In this document: one piece after another, positions 40,894-50,686 of the stretch
Layout: every line of letters begins with the position of its first letter
Position numbering within the stretch: position 1 is the stretch's first letter
Virus record (IMG/VR): IMGVR_UViG_3300028888_000044
Span: 1 to 64,000 of that record
DNA length: 64,000 nt
Origin: a virus
Taxonomy: Duplodnaviria; Heunggongvirae; Uroviricota; Caudoviricetes
Direction: 5' to 3' (one strand)
The notes under the pieces: generated by a model
The model's input: the letters and a program-made list of their open reading frames with translations, nothing else
Told to the model about the DNA's origin: nothing
The model's database searches: none
Made by a program: the position numbers and the translations under genes

Positions 40894-42927
40894 TTATTTT
40901 TTCTCATTATCCAAATATTCGTCAAGAGATGAAATCATATTGTTGAATTCCTCGTTAATCAACAATGTTTTGTCAAGAATATCTGGTCTTGAAACAATTG
41001 TTCTGTTTCTTGGTGAATCATTTCTTCTCTTTCTCTCTATTTTTTCAATCAACAGAGGTTTGTTCTTGCTTACTGCTTCCATTGGGGGTGGGTTTCCTTC
41101 TGGTGGTGTACTACCTTCATCTCCACCTAACATATTGGAAGCATCGGCAGCTGGCATTTCACCGCTTTCTCCACCGATTTCACCCATTCCATCATCATTT
41201 GGTGAACCTAACTCGTCAAGACCACTGCCGAAGTCACCTCCACCGCCTCCCATAGGTGGCATACCTCCACCACCCATGCCTTGCATATCACCTTCACCGC
41301 CTTGGTTCTGATTCTCTTGATATTGAGCACCAGGCTCTCCATAGATTCTATCAACATTATCAAATATACCAGTACGCTTGATGATTTGGTTGGTCATTTG
41401 GAGTTCGTTAGCAATCGCCTTCTCCAATCTTATCTCTTCAAAGTTGTCTTGAATCTCCTTGTCACTCCATTTCATAACTTGCTTCAAAGCTCTTTGCAAT
41501 GACATAATTGGAATACCATTTCCAGGGTCTGCAACTGCTGTTTGAACAGCTCCAATTTTCTTTGAAACATTCTCAATTTCAAGTTGTTCTGCTTGAGTTG
41601 AAGGATTGTTCATTGAAAGTGAGAAATTTGTCAAATCATCATCGAATCCCAACAAATACAAGTGGATACTTGCAACTTTTGTCAATTCCATAAGGAATGC
41701 TTGCTGTATTCTATTGATAGTTCTTGTAAATCTCACGTCTTCCAAAGCAAGATTTTGACCATTTCCTTGAGATTCATCGAAATTAAGGAAAGTCCTTGGT
41801 ATTCTTAAAGCTGTAAGAACCTTGTTTTGAACAAACTTGATGTCATCCAACGCTGTCAAGTTCTGTGCTGCTGCAAGTGTCTCGATTGGTGTAGGTGCGG
41901 ATGGGTCTCTAACTGGGATAAAGATGTCTTGGTCAACACTCATAATGTTTTTCCTTAAGTCTATCTGACCAGTCATAGGGTCGATAATAGGTGTTCTCTT
42001 GAAGTTGTTTGCAATTTGCTGAACATAAGCTTGAACATCAGCATCATCAATTGCTCCAACGTAAATCTTGTAGATTCTTCGTTCTATTGAACGTTCAAGA
42101 CGATAAATGAGCATCATATCCTCCATAAGTGACAGCATTCTCCAATGCCTTCTTGCTGCATTCAAGTAACTTACTCCATATGGTAGATAAAGCGAATTGG
42201 TTATCAGTCTGAAGTGCGCTATCTGCCAATTTCTGAAAGGTATCTGTTCACTTGTTTCATCTGTCCATATGAATTTTGTTGTTAGGTCTGTTTTTTTGTC
42301 AATGTCTTGTACAAGTCTATATCCTTGTGCGCCATATGGGTTTTCGATACCATTTTCAAGTCTTTCTACATTAAATACTGGAAGCTGTCTCCATCCAAGA
42401 ACACCGTTCTTGTGGTCGAGATTGAGCATCATAAACATATTGCCGTATTTGCACATTCCTCTAACAATCATTTGTGCAGTTACTTGAATGTCAAGTCTGT
42501 TCACGAACAAATCTTCCAATATGGCTCTAATTCTATCAGATTTTGAAGTTACATTGATAACTTGACCCTTGTCATTGTTGATACAACTTTCTTCAGAAAC
42601 TATATCCAATGCAGCACCGATTTCTGGAAATGAATCCATAAGGTCTGCATCCCTATACATTAATTTGACGTTATTAAGACCAGCAAAAGCTTGAACTGAC
42701 AAGTCCACATTAGCCTTAACCCATCTGTCATTCAACCACGAATTCTGTTGCAATTCCAACTTCTGTCTTTCGTAGTCTTGCTTGTCTGTTGTTTTGTATA
42801 AAATCTTTTCACCTTCGGCTGTTGATATGTCATAACTGTTGACGTGCCTTTGGTTTACATCGTCACCCCAATCACCAGTTATAGCTTTATCCAAGCCTTG
42901 AAAAACTGTATTTAAAATTTTAGCCAT
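40894..42927 (-). CDS. Portal protein, T4 gp20-like
   Basis: YRDADLMDSFPEIGAALDIVSEE, LMEDMMLIYRLERSIERRIY, ALRIP; Gly/Met-rich acidic C-terminal tail. Confidence 0.9.
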   Translation of the reverse strand: MAKILNTVFQGLDKAITGDWGDDVNQRHVNSYDISTAEGEKILYKTTDKQDYERQKLELQQNSWLNDRWVKANVDLSVQAFAGLNNVKLMYRDADLMDSFPEIGAALDIVSEESCINNDKGQVINVTSKSDRIRAILEDLFVNRLDIQVTAQMIVRGMCKYGNMFMMLNLDHKNGVLGWRQLPVFNVERLENGIENPYGAQGYRLVQDIDKKTDLTTKFIWTDETSEQIPFRNWQIAHFRLITNSLYLPYGVSYLNAARRHWRMLSLMEDMMLIYRLERSIERRIYKIYVGAIDDADVQAYVQQIANNFKRTPIIDPMTGQIDLRKNIMSVDQDIFIPVRDPSAPTPIETLAAAQNLTALDDIKFVQNKVLTALRIPRTFLNFDESQGNGQNLALEDVRFTRTINRIQQAFLMELTKVASIHLYLLGFDDDLTNFSLSMNNPSTQAEQLEIENVSKKIGAVQTAVADPGNGIPIMSLQRALKQVMKWSDKEIQDNFEEIRLEKAIANELQMTNQIIKRTGIFDNVDRIYGEPGAQYQENQNQGGEGDMQGMGGGGMPPMGGGGGDFGSGLDELGSPNDDGMGEIGGESGEMPAADASNMLGGDEGSTPPEGNPPPMEAVSKNKPLLIEKIERKRRNDSPRNRTIVSRPDILDKTLLINEEFNNMISSLDEYLDNEKK

Positions 42928-42965
42928 TTTGACTCATTTTATATAAAAATTAGTTAGTTAATACC

Positions 42966-42977
42966 TATTTATAAATA
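42966..42977. promoter_or_regulatory. Palindromic double late-promoter motif TATTTATAAATA between the divergent portal and glycosyltransferase genes
   Basis: Self-complementary; TATTTAT(A) recurs upstream of most structural genes. Confidence 0.55.
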
Positions 42978-43010
42978 TTAAGTAATAATAGGTTTTTTAA
43001 AAGTAATGTT

Positions 43011-44582
43011 ATGATAACCAAAAGAAATAGTGTATTATCTCAAAAAATTAAAAGAAGAACACGAGGAAATTTTGCCTCTACAAGTGAAATTATGGGAGAA
43101 ATGGTTGAAGATACTACAAGTTCAAGTGTTTCGTTGAAAACTGCTGCAAATAGACCAAAAGTTGTACTACCAACAGTTACAATAAAATCAGATAAGGTTG
43201 AAAAGGCTAAAAAGGTAATTTTTACTTGTATAACTGGTAATTATGATGCGTTGGCAGAACCGATTAGAAAATATGGCAAGTATGACTATATATGCTTTAC
43301 AGATAATCCGAATCTCACATCAACAGTGTGGGAAATACGTAAAATGCCGCAAGATGTTATGCATCTTGACCAAACGAGGCAGCAAAGAATGGTAAAAATA
43401 TGCCCACATAAATATTTACCAGAGTATGATTTGTCAATTTGGGTTGATGGTAACACATCATTAGATTTTGATTTTGACAAATATATAAATACATTTGTTG
43501 ATGACGATAACTGTGTATTTGTAAAGAAACACCCAGTAAGAACATGTGCCTATCAAGAGCGTATGACTTGTGAAAGAATGAAGAAGGATGACCCACAAGT
43601 TATGAAAAAGCAAATGGATAGGTATAAAAAGGAAGGTTTTCCAGAAAAATATGGATTACCAGAAACAAATTTTATGGTTAGGTTCCATAACGATGAAAGG
43701 TGTAAAAAACTTATGGATACTTGGGCTAACGAAGTTGTCAATGGAAGTAAGAGAGACCAACTGTCATTCTCTTACAGCGTTTGGAAGACAAATGTAAAGG
43801 TAAAATATTTCAAGGCAAATGGTATGCTAACACCAAAAAGTCATAGGAAAAAACCATTGGCAAGTAAGGAGATGGTCAAACGTAAAGATAATAACCCAAT
43901 AAAGTTATGTGTCGTAAATTATAATACTAATAACTTGATAGAGCACTTGATAAAGAGTATAAACAAGTTTGTCCCTAAATATCATCTATATATATTTGAT
44001 AACAGCGACACTGAAAAGTTTGAATCAAAAGACGAAAGAATTACTGTGTTTGACAATACCAAAGGCCAAATTATTAACTTCGATAAATTCTTGGAAAAAT
44101 ACCCAAATAGACATATATCATGTGGTAAGAGAAATAAATGGGGTAGTGCCAAACATGCTATCAGTGTCGAAAAATGTATGGATTTGATTAACGATAATTT
44201 CATTCTGTTGGATTCAGACGTATTGTTGAAAAGAGATATAAGCAATATATATAATGACGCATATTTATATGTTGCTGACACTATTACACAACCAGCTTCA
44301 CAAATAAAAAGAATTCTACCATTTATATGCTTTATAAATGTAAAGAAGTGCAAGGAAAATGGAATACATTATTTCAATGACAATTATATGCATGGCTTGA
44401 GAAAAACAGTTCAAGGTGATAGATATGATACTGGAGCTTATTTCTACTTATCAGCAAATAAGTATAGCCACTTTGACATAAATTTCAACGATTATGTGGA
44501 ACATATGAAAGGAGGAAGTTGGCAACAGCAAGATATGACACAAGAGCAGTGGCTTAATAAATACAAACAGTATTGGCAATAA
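43011..44582 (+). CDS. Two-domain glycosyltransferase (DUF616-like plus GT-A/GT2-like)
   Basis: TCITGNYD, ICFTDN, SIWVDGN, RDQLSF; second domain VVNYNT...LLDSDV (DxD). Confidence 0.8.
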   Translation: MITKRNSVLSQKIKRRTRGNFASTSEIMGEMVEDTTSSSVSLKTAANRPKVVLPTVTIKSDKVEKAKKVIFTCITGNYDALAEPIRKYGKYDYICFTDNPNLTSTVWEIRKMPQDVMHLDQTRQQRMVKICPHKYLPEYDLSIWVDGNTSLDFDFDKYINTFVDDDNCVFVKKHPVRTCAYQERMTCERMKKDDPQVMKKQMDRYKKEGFPEKYGLPETNFMVRFHNDERCKKLMDTWANEVVNGSKRDQLSFSYSVWKTNVKVKYFKANGMLTPKSHRKKPLASKEMVKRKDNNPIKLCVVNYNTNNLIEHLIKSINKFVPKYHLYIFDNSDTEKFESKDERITVFDNTKGQIINFDKFLEKYPNRHISCGKRNKWGSAKHAISVEKCMDLINDNFILLDSDVLLKRDISNIYNDAYLYVADTITQPASQIKRILPFICFINVKKCKENGIHYFNDNYMHGLRKTVQGDRYDTGAYFYLSANKYSHFDINFNDYVEHMKGGSWQQQDMTQEQWLNKYKQYWQ

Positions 44583-44607
44583 TGAATTTAATAAAGTAAT
44601 AAATAAT

Positions 44608-45789
44608 ATGAGTAAACAAGACGAAATTGTGTCTCTTTTAAATGAGGCATTTGATGAAGGTGTGGCTAGCACCGAAAGCGCAATACAGCAAGCATCTGAA
44701 GAAGGATATAATCGAGGTTATAAAGAAGGGTATTCAGATGCCATTAGCACACTTCCAATAGTACCAACATCAGATGAAGATGAGGATGATGAAATCCCAG
44801 TTCATAATATTGACAACTTTGCAGTTAAGGAATTTTTCGATTCTTTACCAGAAAGTGGTTATAGCAAAAGCGACTACAGTAAGGTTTGGAAATACTTGTT
44901 TATGACGCAAGACCATTCTTCCGCATCTTGGACTGAATGCTGCAATCCATATGTTATTTACGGAAAGGGTGATAAGATTGTTGTTGAATCAGAAGGTGAA
45001 ACTTCTTGGGAAGTATTCCCATACAAGGAAGTGTTTAGAATTTTCTCTTTGATTCCAAACAAGCAATATCATTGGACTATGTATAACGGCACAAAAGTAT
45101 TGCAAAGCGGAGACTTCAAGACGGTTGGTAGAGTAAGATGGATGGGTACTTTCTCTTCTAAGGAACCACGTAATTTCAGAGACTTGGGTGGATATGGCAT
45201 CAAGTATGGTAGGCTTTATCGCTCTGAAAACCCAGATTCTGTTGAGGTTGAATCTGCTGACCACAAGTACTTGAGAGACCAACTTAAGATTACTGTACAA
45301 GTAAACTTACGTTCGTCTTCAGAACCAGCAAGAACTGATTTGTTTGAAAAGACATATCAATATAATATTCCAGCTTATTCAGAAGTTTTCACTTGTTCAT
45401 CAACAAGTAAAGCAAATTTCAAAAACGCATTCAATGCAATTGTAAATGAACTTTCTAATGGCAAAAACGTTCTTTTCAACTGTTGGCAAGGATGCGATAG
45501 AACTGGTACAATGGCTTGGATGATACAAGGACTTTGCGGTATGCCACTTGGATACTGTGAAGGACATTGGGAGTTGTCGGGTCTCGACCGTTGCGGAAAC
45601 TCAAAGATTTGGAATTGGGAGGAAAGCTCTAATGGAGAACTTAGAACATTCATAACCAAACTTCAAGCCAAGATAAAAGATACATCAAAACGTAACGATT
45701 CGTATACTTTGGCTTATTATTTGGCTAAGACTATCCTTGGAATTACTGATGACAAAATAAATAAATTGAGAGAGTTATTATTGGAATAG
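44608..45789 (+). CDS. Protein-tyrosine/lipid phosphatase (Y_phosphatase3/IphP-like)
   Basis: NFRDLGGY, LYRS, CX5R loop NCWQGCDRTG; N-terminal EEGYNRGYKEGY repeat. Confidence 0.85.
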   Translation: MSKQDEIVSLLNEAFDEGVASTESAIQQASEEGYNRGYKEGYSDAISTLPIVPTSDEDEDDEIPVHNIDNFAVKEFFDSLPESGYSKSDYSKVWKYLFMTQDHSSASWTECCNPYVIYGKGDKIVVESEGETSWEVFPYKEVFRIFSLIPNKQYHWTMYNGTKVLQSGDFKTVGRVRWMGTFSSKEPRNFRDLGGYGIKYGRLYRSENPDSVEVESADHKYLRDQLKITVQVNLRSSSEPARTDLFEKTYQYNIPAYSEVFTCSSTSKANFKNAFNAIVNELSNGKNVLFNCWQGCDRTGTMAWMIQGLCGMPLGYCEGHWELSGLDRCGNSKIWNWEESSNGELRTFITKLQAKIKDTSKRNDSYTLAYYLAKTILGITDDKINKLRELLLE

Positions 45790-45800
45790 AAAAAGGCTGT

Positions 45801-46600
45801 GATATACAATTTGGCACCAGTTAGGTAAAAAAATCTGACTGATGCCATTTTTTTTGGAGATTCTAAAATATTTATAGATAAATAATGTGAATAGTCTGAG
45901 TAAAATCTGATTTTACTCAGACTTTTTTTTTGTAAAAAAAAAACTATAAATATGTTATATCTAAAATTATTTCAAACGGAACAAGAAAAACAAGCGTGTA
46001 CAGAGACACAAGAATATGTGTCATATACGGTAGAAAATGATGAGATAAATATTATGAATCTTCCCTTTTTCTGCAAATTAACATTGTACAATGGTGAAGT
46101 GGTTGAAATCGAAGGAAGTGGAGAATTGACATCAGCAATGACAAACCAATATTCAGCAACAACAGTTAGTGCTGAAATTGGTGAATTATGTACAAGTATT
46201 GGTCTGAATGCTTTCTCTCATTGTAATGGATTAACAAGTGTAACAATAGGAAATAGTGTTACAAGTATTAGTAATAGTGCTTTCTATTATTGTAGTGGTT
46301 TAACAAGTGTAACAATAGGTAGTGGTGTTACAAGTATTGGTCTGAATGTTTTCCATCATTGTAGTAAATTAACAAGTATTACATCATTAGCAACTACAGC
46401 ACCAACAATATATTTCAATACATTCCAAAATGTAAAGTCTAATGGTACATTAACAGTTCCAAGTGGTAGTAGCGGATATGACGTATGGATGGGAACTGGA
46501 GATTATTATTTAGGAAAATATAATTGGGCAAAAGTAGAACAATAGCATAAACACAATAAAAGCCAAATACAAGCAATATACTGCAAGTATTTGGCTTTTA
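45801..46600 (+). repeat. LRR cassette copy B
   Basis: Same upstream hairpin, palindrome and leader, and same downstream hairpin, as 2231-3103. Confidence 0.9.
45952..46545 (+). CDS. BspA-type LRR protein, 3 repeats (paralogue of 2382-3044)
   Basis: Same N- and C-caps (MLYLKLFQTE...YLGKYxWxKVEQ); exactly 23 aa shorter. Confidence 0.9.
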   Translation: MLYLKLFQTEQEKQACTETQEYVSYTVENDEINIMNLPFFCKLTLYNGEVVEIEGSGELTSAMTNQYSATTVSAEIGELCTSIGLNAFSHCNGLTSVTIGNSVTSISNSAFYYCSGLTSVTIGSGVTSIGLNVFHHCSKLTSITSLATTAPTIYFNTFQNVKSNGTLTVPSGSSGYDVWMGTGDYYLGKYNWAKVEQ

Positions 46601-46644
46601 TTGTTTTTAATTTACTTAACTATTGCCAAATTGCATATCATTAA

Positions 46645-47199
46645 TTAAAGTGGAGTATCGGGGTCTTCTGGGTCTATATCATTTGCTGAATAAAAAAATC
46701 TCTTTCCAATAATATTACTTGCTTGCATTGTTCCTCTAAATTCTGACGGGTTAACCCTAAAACCAGTCAATTGTGGTGGCACAATATGATATTCATCTTT
46801 ATATTTAAAACTAAATGTTTGAGGTGGAAATGCATTACTACCATTAAGATATAAATATTGAACTTGTATTGTGTATGTATTTCTACTATAAACCACATCT
46901 ATTACCAAATCATTAGGTGGCATTGTACCAGTTACACTCTCTATGGATGGTGTGTGTCCCTCTATTGCTGGAGGGGTTACAGTATATGTACTTCCATTCT
47001 TATATTTTCTCACAAATGATGGTGGTGGTGTTATTCCAATGTCTTCTTCCATAGAAAAATTAATAGTTAATGTAAATTCACTTTTGATACAGACCTTTTC
47101 TTCTGTTTTACAATAACTAATATTTGGTAAAATAACATCATTTCCCCCAATATAATTGTCATATTCGTTACGATTATTAAATAATTTTAAATGTTTCAT
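46645..47199 (-). CDS. MucBP-like repeat protein with an MKHLKLF leader
   Basis: Two units of YT(V/I)..P.I.G(H/F)....GTM...V.Y. Confidence 0.6.
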   Translation of the reverse strand: MKHLKLFNNRNEYDNYIGGNDVILPNISYCKTEEKVCIKSEFTLTINFSMEEDIGITPPPSFVRKYKNGSTYTVTPPAIEGHTPSIESVTGTMPPNDLVIDVVYSRNTYTIQVQYLYLNGSNAFPPQTFSFKYKDEYHIVPPQLTGFRVNPSEFRGTMQASNIIGKRFFYSANDIDPEDPDTPL

Positions 47200-47255
47200 A
47201 ATAATAAAATTATAAATATGTTATATTAAATTAAATTTGTATCTGTTTTTTTGTC

Positions 47256-48164
47256 TTATTTTCTCTGAACAATCCAATTGATTGGTACACCATTGTCACC
47301 TTGTATTTCCCACGTTGCATTTTTGCTTTTCACGAACACACCGTTTGGATAAACATTTTTAACCCAACCACCTAATCCGCTTGTAACACCTTGTGTTGCA
47401 AGCATTGTAATATGCTTGAGATTGGTGCAGTTCTTAAACATGTCCACATAGCACATACTATCCAATTTATCAGCATGTAGTATTGGTGTTCTTTCAAGTG
47501 ATGTGCAACCAGCGAACATACTTAAATAGCACATACCTTCCATTGTTGTTGCTGGTAGTTGTGGTGCTTTTTTCAACAATGTTGCCTCTTGAAACATTGA
47601 CATATACATACAAAAGCATGTCTTTGAAGGTAAAATCAGATTTTCTGCACTAACCAAATTTGAACCTTTGAAAATCTCATAATAAGTGTACATTGAACTG
47701 TTCAAAATTGGAATTAATTTTTCTGAATTATTGAAATCATCCTCAAGGAACAATGACATTATATTTCCATTGATTTCAAACAAGGCAGTACCTCCGATAA
47801 ATTTACCTATTCCCAATTGTTTCATAACTGCAACATTGTCGGTATAATCTGTTTGCATTTGTCCTTTCAATCTAATTGAATCATTAGCATTTACATTCAG
47901 ATTTAGATTGTTTGTCGGTTCTTGCCACTCACCGTCATTTATTGAATATGATACTGCGTTTGATATGCCTTCATCCAATTCTTCGTTAGCTTCAAATACA
48001 AATGTTCCATCGGTTAAAGCAACTACTGTGAAATAATCTTTCGAATAGTCATGCTTGTTTTTCTTCAAATACGTTTGTTCATTTTCAATTACAAATGAAA
48101 TGTGGTTATATTCAAATTCAGTAGGTTGCTCTGAATTTGTAGAAAAAAGTCGTAAATGCCTCAT
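47256..48164 (-). CDS. LRR-like surface or fibre accessory protein with an MRHLRLF leader
   Basis: CYxxMFxxCTxL repeats; C-terminal GVFVK..ATW...NGVP.NW. Confidence 0.7.
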   Translation of the reverse strand: MRHLRLFSTNSEQPTEFEYNHISFVIENEQTYLKKNKHDYSKDYFTVVALTDGTFVFEANEELDEGISNAVSYSINDGEWQEPTNNLNLNVNANDSIRLKGQMQTDYTDNVAVMKQLGIGKFIGGTALFEINGNIMSLFLEDDFNNSEKLIPILNSSMYTYYEIFKGSNLVSAENLILPSKTCFCMYMSMFQEATLLKKAPQLPATTMEGMCYLSMFAGCTSLERTPILHADKLDSMCYVDMFKNCTNLKHITMLATQGVTSGLGGWVKNVYPNGVFVKSKNATWEIQGDNGVPINWIVQRK

Positions 48165-48186
48165 ATTAAATATATTTTTTATTATG

Positions 48187-48717
48187 TTATATATCCACAA
48201 CAACTTTTTCTGGATAACCTCTAGTAAAATCATAGTTTTCAACTTCTTCTATTGTTTGCAATTGTCTTACATTCATTATATGTCTGTTGGTAACATTAAA
48301 AGCACCGATAGCATATAATTCAAGTGCATTCAAAAACTCTTTGATTGTCTGAATTGGTAAAGTCATTGGGATTCCTTCAAACCAAACAGTATATTCAGTT
48401 CCACCGTTTTTTTCTGTCACATCAATTGCATGTAACAAAGCAACTCTTGTGTTTCTATCTATCCAACCACTTACACCGTTGATTGTAAATGAATTTACAT
48501 TTTCAGATATGTCATATTCATTGATTTCGGAAATCTTGGTTTCTATCACATCTTGCAATGTTGGAACATATGGTTGTGGTGTAGGCTGAATATATTCTTG
48601 ATAGCCAGCCGCAAGTAATTGTTCTTCTGTTGGATTAAAAATGCGCATATCATCCAAGATGATGCTGTTTTCGGCAAATACCATTTTGCCATCTACAATT
48701 TTATAATATGTTTTCAT
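48187..48717 (-). CDS. DUF4376-like tail-fibre-associated protein
   Basis: KISEINEYD.S.NVNSF..W.D...R; LELYA..FNVT..H...V..L..EEV..YDF..GYP. Confidence 0.65.
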   Translation of the reverse strand: MKTYYKIVDGKMVFAENSIILDDMRIFNPTEEQLLAAGYQEYIQPTPQPYVPTLQDVIETKISEINEYDISENVNSFTINGVSGWIDRNTRVALLHAIDVTEKNGGTEYTVWFEGIPMTLPIQTIKEFLNALELYAIGAFNVTNRHIMNVRQLQTIEEVENYDFTRGYPEKVVVDI

Positions 48718-48746
48718 TTGATAAATTAAATTTACTTATTTAGACA

Positions 48747-50669
48747 TTAAGTTGGAATTACTAGTGCGTGACCATTCGGATAATCTGCCCATTCATCCGA
48801 ACTACCAAAGTCTTCTTGCCATTCCGTTCCACCAATGGCATATGTTATTGATGCAGCCGCAGTGTATTGTGTTACAAAATCTGCCAATATGTTTTGATAA
48901 ACATATAAACGCCTTATATATGTTGCTGTAAATGTTGAAAATGTAGGAACTGCTGTACTTCTCATGATTACCGTAACAGTTTTTGCTGTTGTGTTTCCTC
49001 TGCCTGGATAGAAATAAGAACCAGTAACATTACCTAAGTCAATTAATTCCAAGGGTTTACTGACTCCAGAAAAACTGCTATTTACTATTGTTTGACAATT
49101 TGGCAAATATATTTTTCTTCTACCTATTCCCCCAAAAGGTGCTCCTTGATTTGATTGTGTAGTTCCACTTGCTAATGTAGTAATGCTAGGGAATATCAAT
49201 TCATTAGGTAAATTTGTACAACCACTGAAACAACTTCTACCTAATTTTGTAATATATGTGGTATCAAGCCAATTGAAATCAAGTTTTCCACAACCATTAA
49301 ACTCATCTGGTCTAAAACCAGTAACTGCTGTTGCTGATGGTGGATTTGTTATTGACTCCAAGTTTCTACAATTTTCAAATGTACTACCAAGAAAATAATC
49401 ATTGGTTGACGTTGGAAATTTCAAATTACTACTCCACCTCACCGTTTTCAGATTAGTACAACCTTGACAAAATGATGAACCAACAAGAGTTACACTATCA
49501 GGTATTGTTAATGATGTAAGTGATGTACAGCCACAGAAGCACCCCTTGCCATAAGTATATCCGCTTGTCATGGCAGTTACCGTGGATGGGATTGTTATAG
49601 CAGTTAGTGCTGAGTTGTTATAAAAACCATATCCAGTCCCATTCCCAATATAAGTCAGTCTTGTGAACTTTGTGAAATCTGAAAAATCAACAATATTTTG
49701 GTTGTTTGCAAATTCATTTGTGATATAAATGATGCTTTCAATCTGTCTTTTAAGAATCTTGCCATCAACACCACCAATTCTAACAGAATTTCTTCTTTTT
49801 CCAATGCCAGAAGTTCCACCGTTTCTGTTACCAAATTTGGTGATGCATATTTGAGTTACCGCAGTGTCAATGAAATTAGCCTCTTCTGCTGTGTCTTCTG
49901 TGCCATCAAACAATGTCCATCCTTCTCTAATCCCACTTGTTGAAACACGCCACCAAGTTGCATTTGGATTTCTCCAAAATTCACCACCGTTGGTTTGTAC
50001 ATTACTAACCCAATTAATTAAACAGTTTGAAGCAGAAATATCTGTTGCCAAAAGTTTTATGTATGACAAATTTGTACAACCAGAAAACATGTTAGCACAA
50101 GAATAGTTAGGTAATACTTCTGTGGGTATTGTTGGACTTGCTGTTAGTTTTGTGCAACCCATAAACATTCTATAATAACAATAACTTGTCATATTTGGTG
50201 GTAATATCAACTCTTTTGCTGATGTCAGATTTGTGCTTCCACTGAATAATGAGCCAAAAGTATATGTTGTTCCAGTATATAGTTGTGTTGTTTCATCTGC
50301 TGTTACACCACTTAACATTGTCATAATGCAACCTCTTGTGTTGAATTTACCACTACCCTTGATATTTGTTGAATCATTAATGCTAGTAGAACCGTGGTTA
50401 GTACGAATTCCTTTACCTCTTAACAATACGGTTTGTCCGTGATTAATCGATGGGGTTGTTATTGTTACTCTTGTAGAACTACTGTTGTTTATTTTTGTCC
50501 AAGTCTTTCCTTGGTCAGTTGAATATTCAAGGTACTTGAAATCTGATGTTGTAACCGCACTACCAATTGTTATTGTAAACGTAACATTATCATCTTCTGC
50601 CATCAAGCAAAAATACTTGGTATGTTTGATTGTACCATTTGGTGTGAATCTTCTTATATATAAACTCAT
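48747..50669 (-). CDS. Mosaic LRR surface or fibre accessory protein
   Basis: True start MSLYIRRF at 50669; N-half paralogous to 50687-51472; C-half has BspA-type repeats. Confidence 0.75.
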   Translation of the reverse strand: MSLYIRRFTPNGTIKHTKYFCLMAEDDNVTFTITIGSAVTTSDFKYLEYSTDQGKTWTKINNSSSTRVTITTPSINHGQTVLLRGKGIRTNHGSTSINDSTNIKGSGKFNTRGCIMTMLSGVTADETTQLYTGTTYTFGSLFSGSTNLTSAKELILPPNMTSYCYYRMFMGCTKLTASPTIPTEVLPNYSCANMFSGCTNLSYIKLLATDISASNCLINWVSNVQTNGGEFWRNPNATWWRVSTSGIREGWTLFDGTEDTAEEANFIDTAVTQICITKFGNRNGGTSGIGKRRNSVRIGGVDGKILKRQIESIIYITNEFANNQNIVDFSDFTKFTRLTYIGNGTGYGFYNNSALTAITIPSTVTAMTSGYTYGKGCFCGCTSLTSLTIPDSVTLVGSSFCQGCTNLKTVRWSSNLKFPTSTNDYFLGSTFENCRNLESITNPPSATAVTGFRPDEFNGCGKLDFNWLDTTYITKLGRSCFSGCTNLPNELIFPSITTLASGTTQSNQGAPFGGIGRRKIYLPNCQTIVNSSFSGVSKPLELIDLGNVTGSYFYPGRGNTTAKTVTVIMRSTAVPTFSTFTATYIRRLYVYQNILADFVTQYTAAASITYAIGGTEWQEDFGSSDEWADYPNGHALVIPT

Positions 50670-50686
50670 ATTTTTGCTTTTATTAT

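Noticed and set aside
2382-46545. Diversity-generating retroelement TR/VR pair formed by the two LRR genes
   Set aside because: No reverse transcriptase in the window. Differences include synonymous C/T changes and a whole-repeat indel and are not confined to adenines of one copy. A remote TR cannot be excluded.
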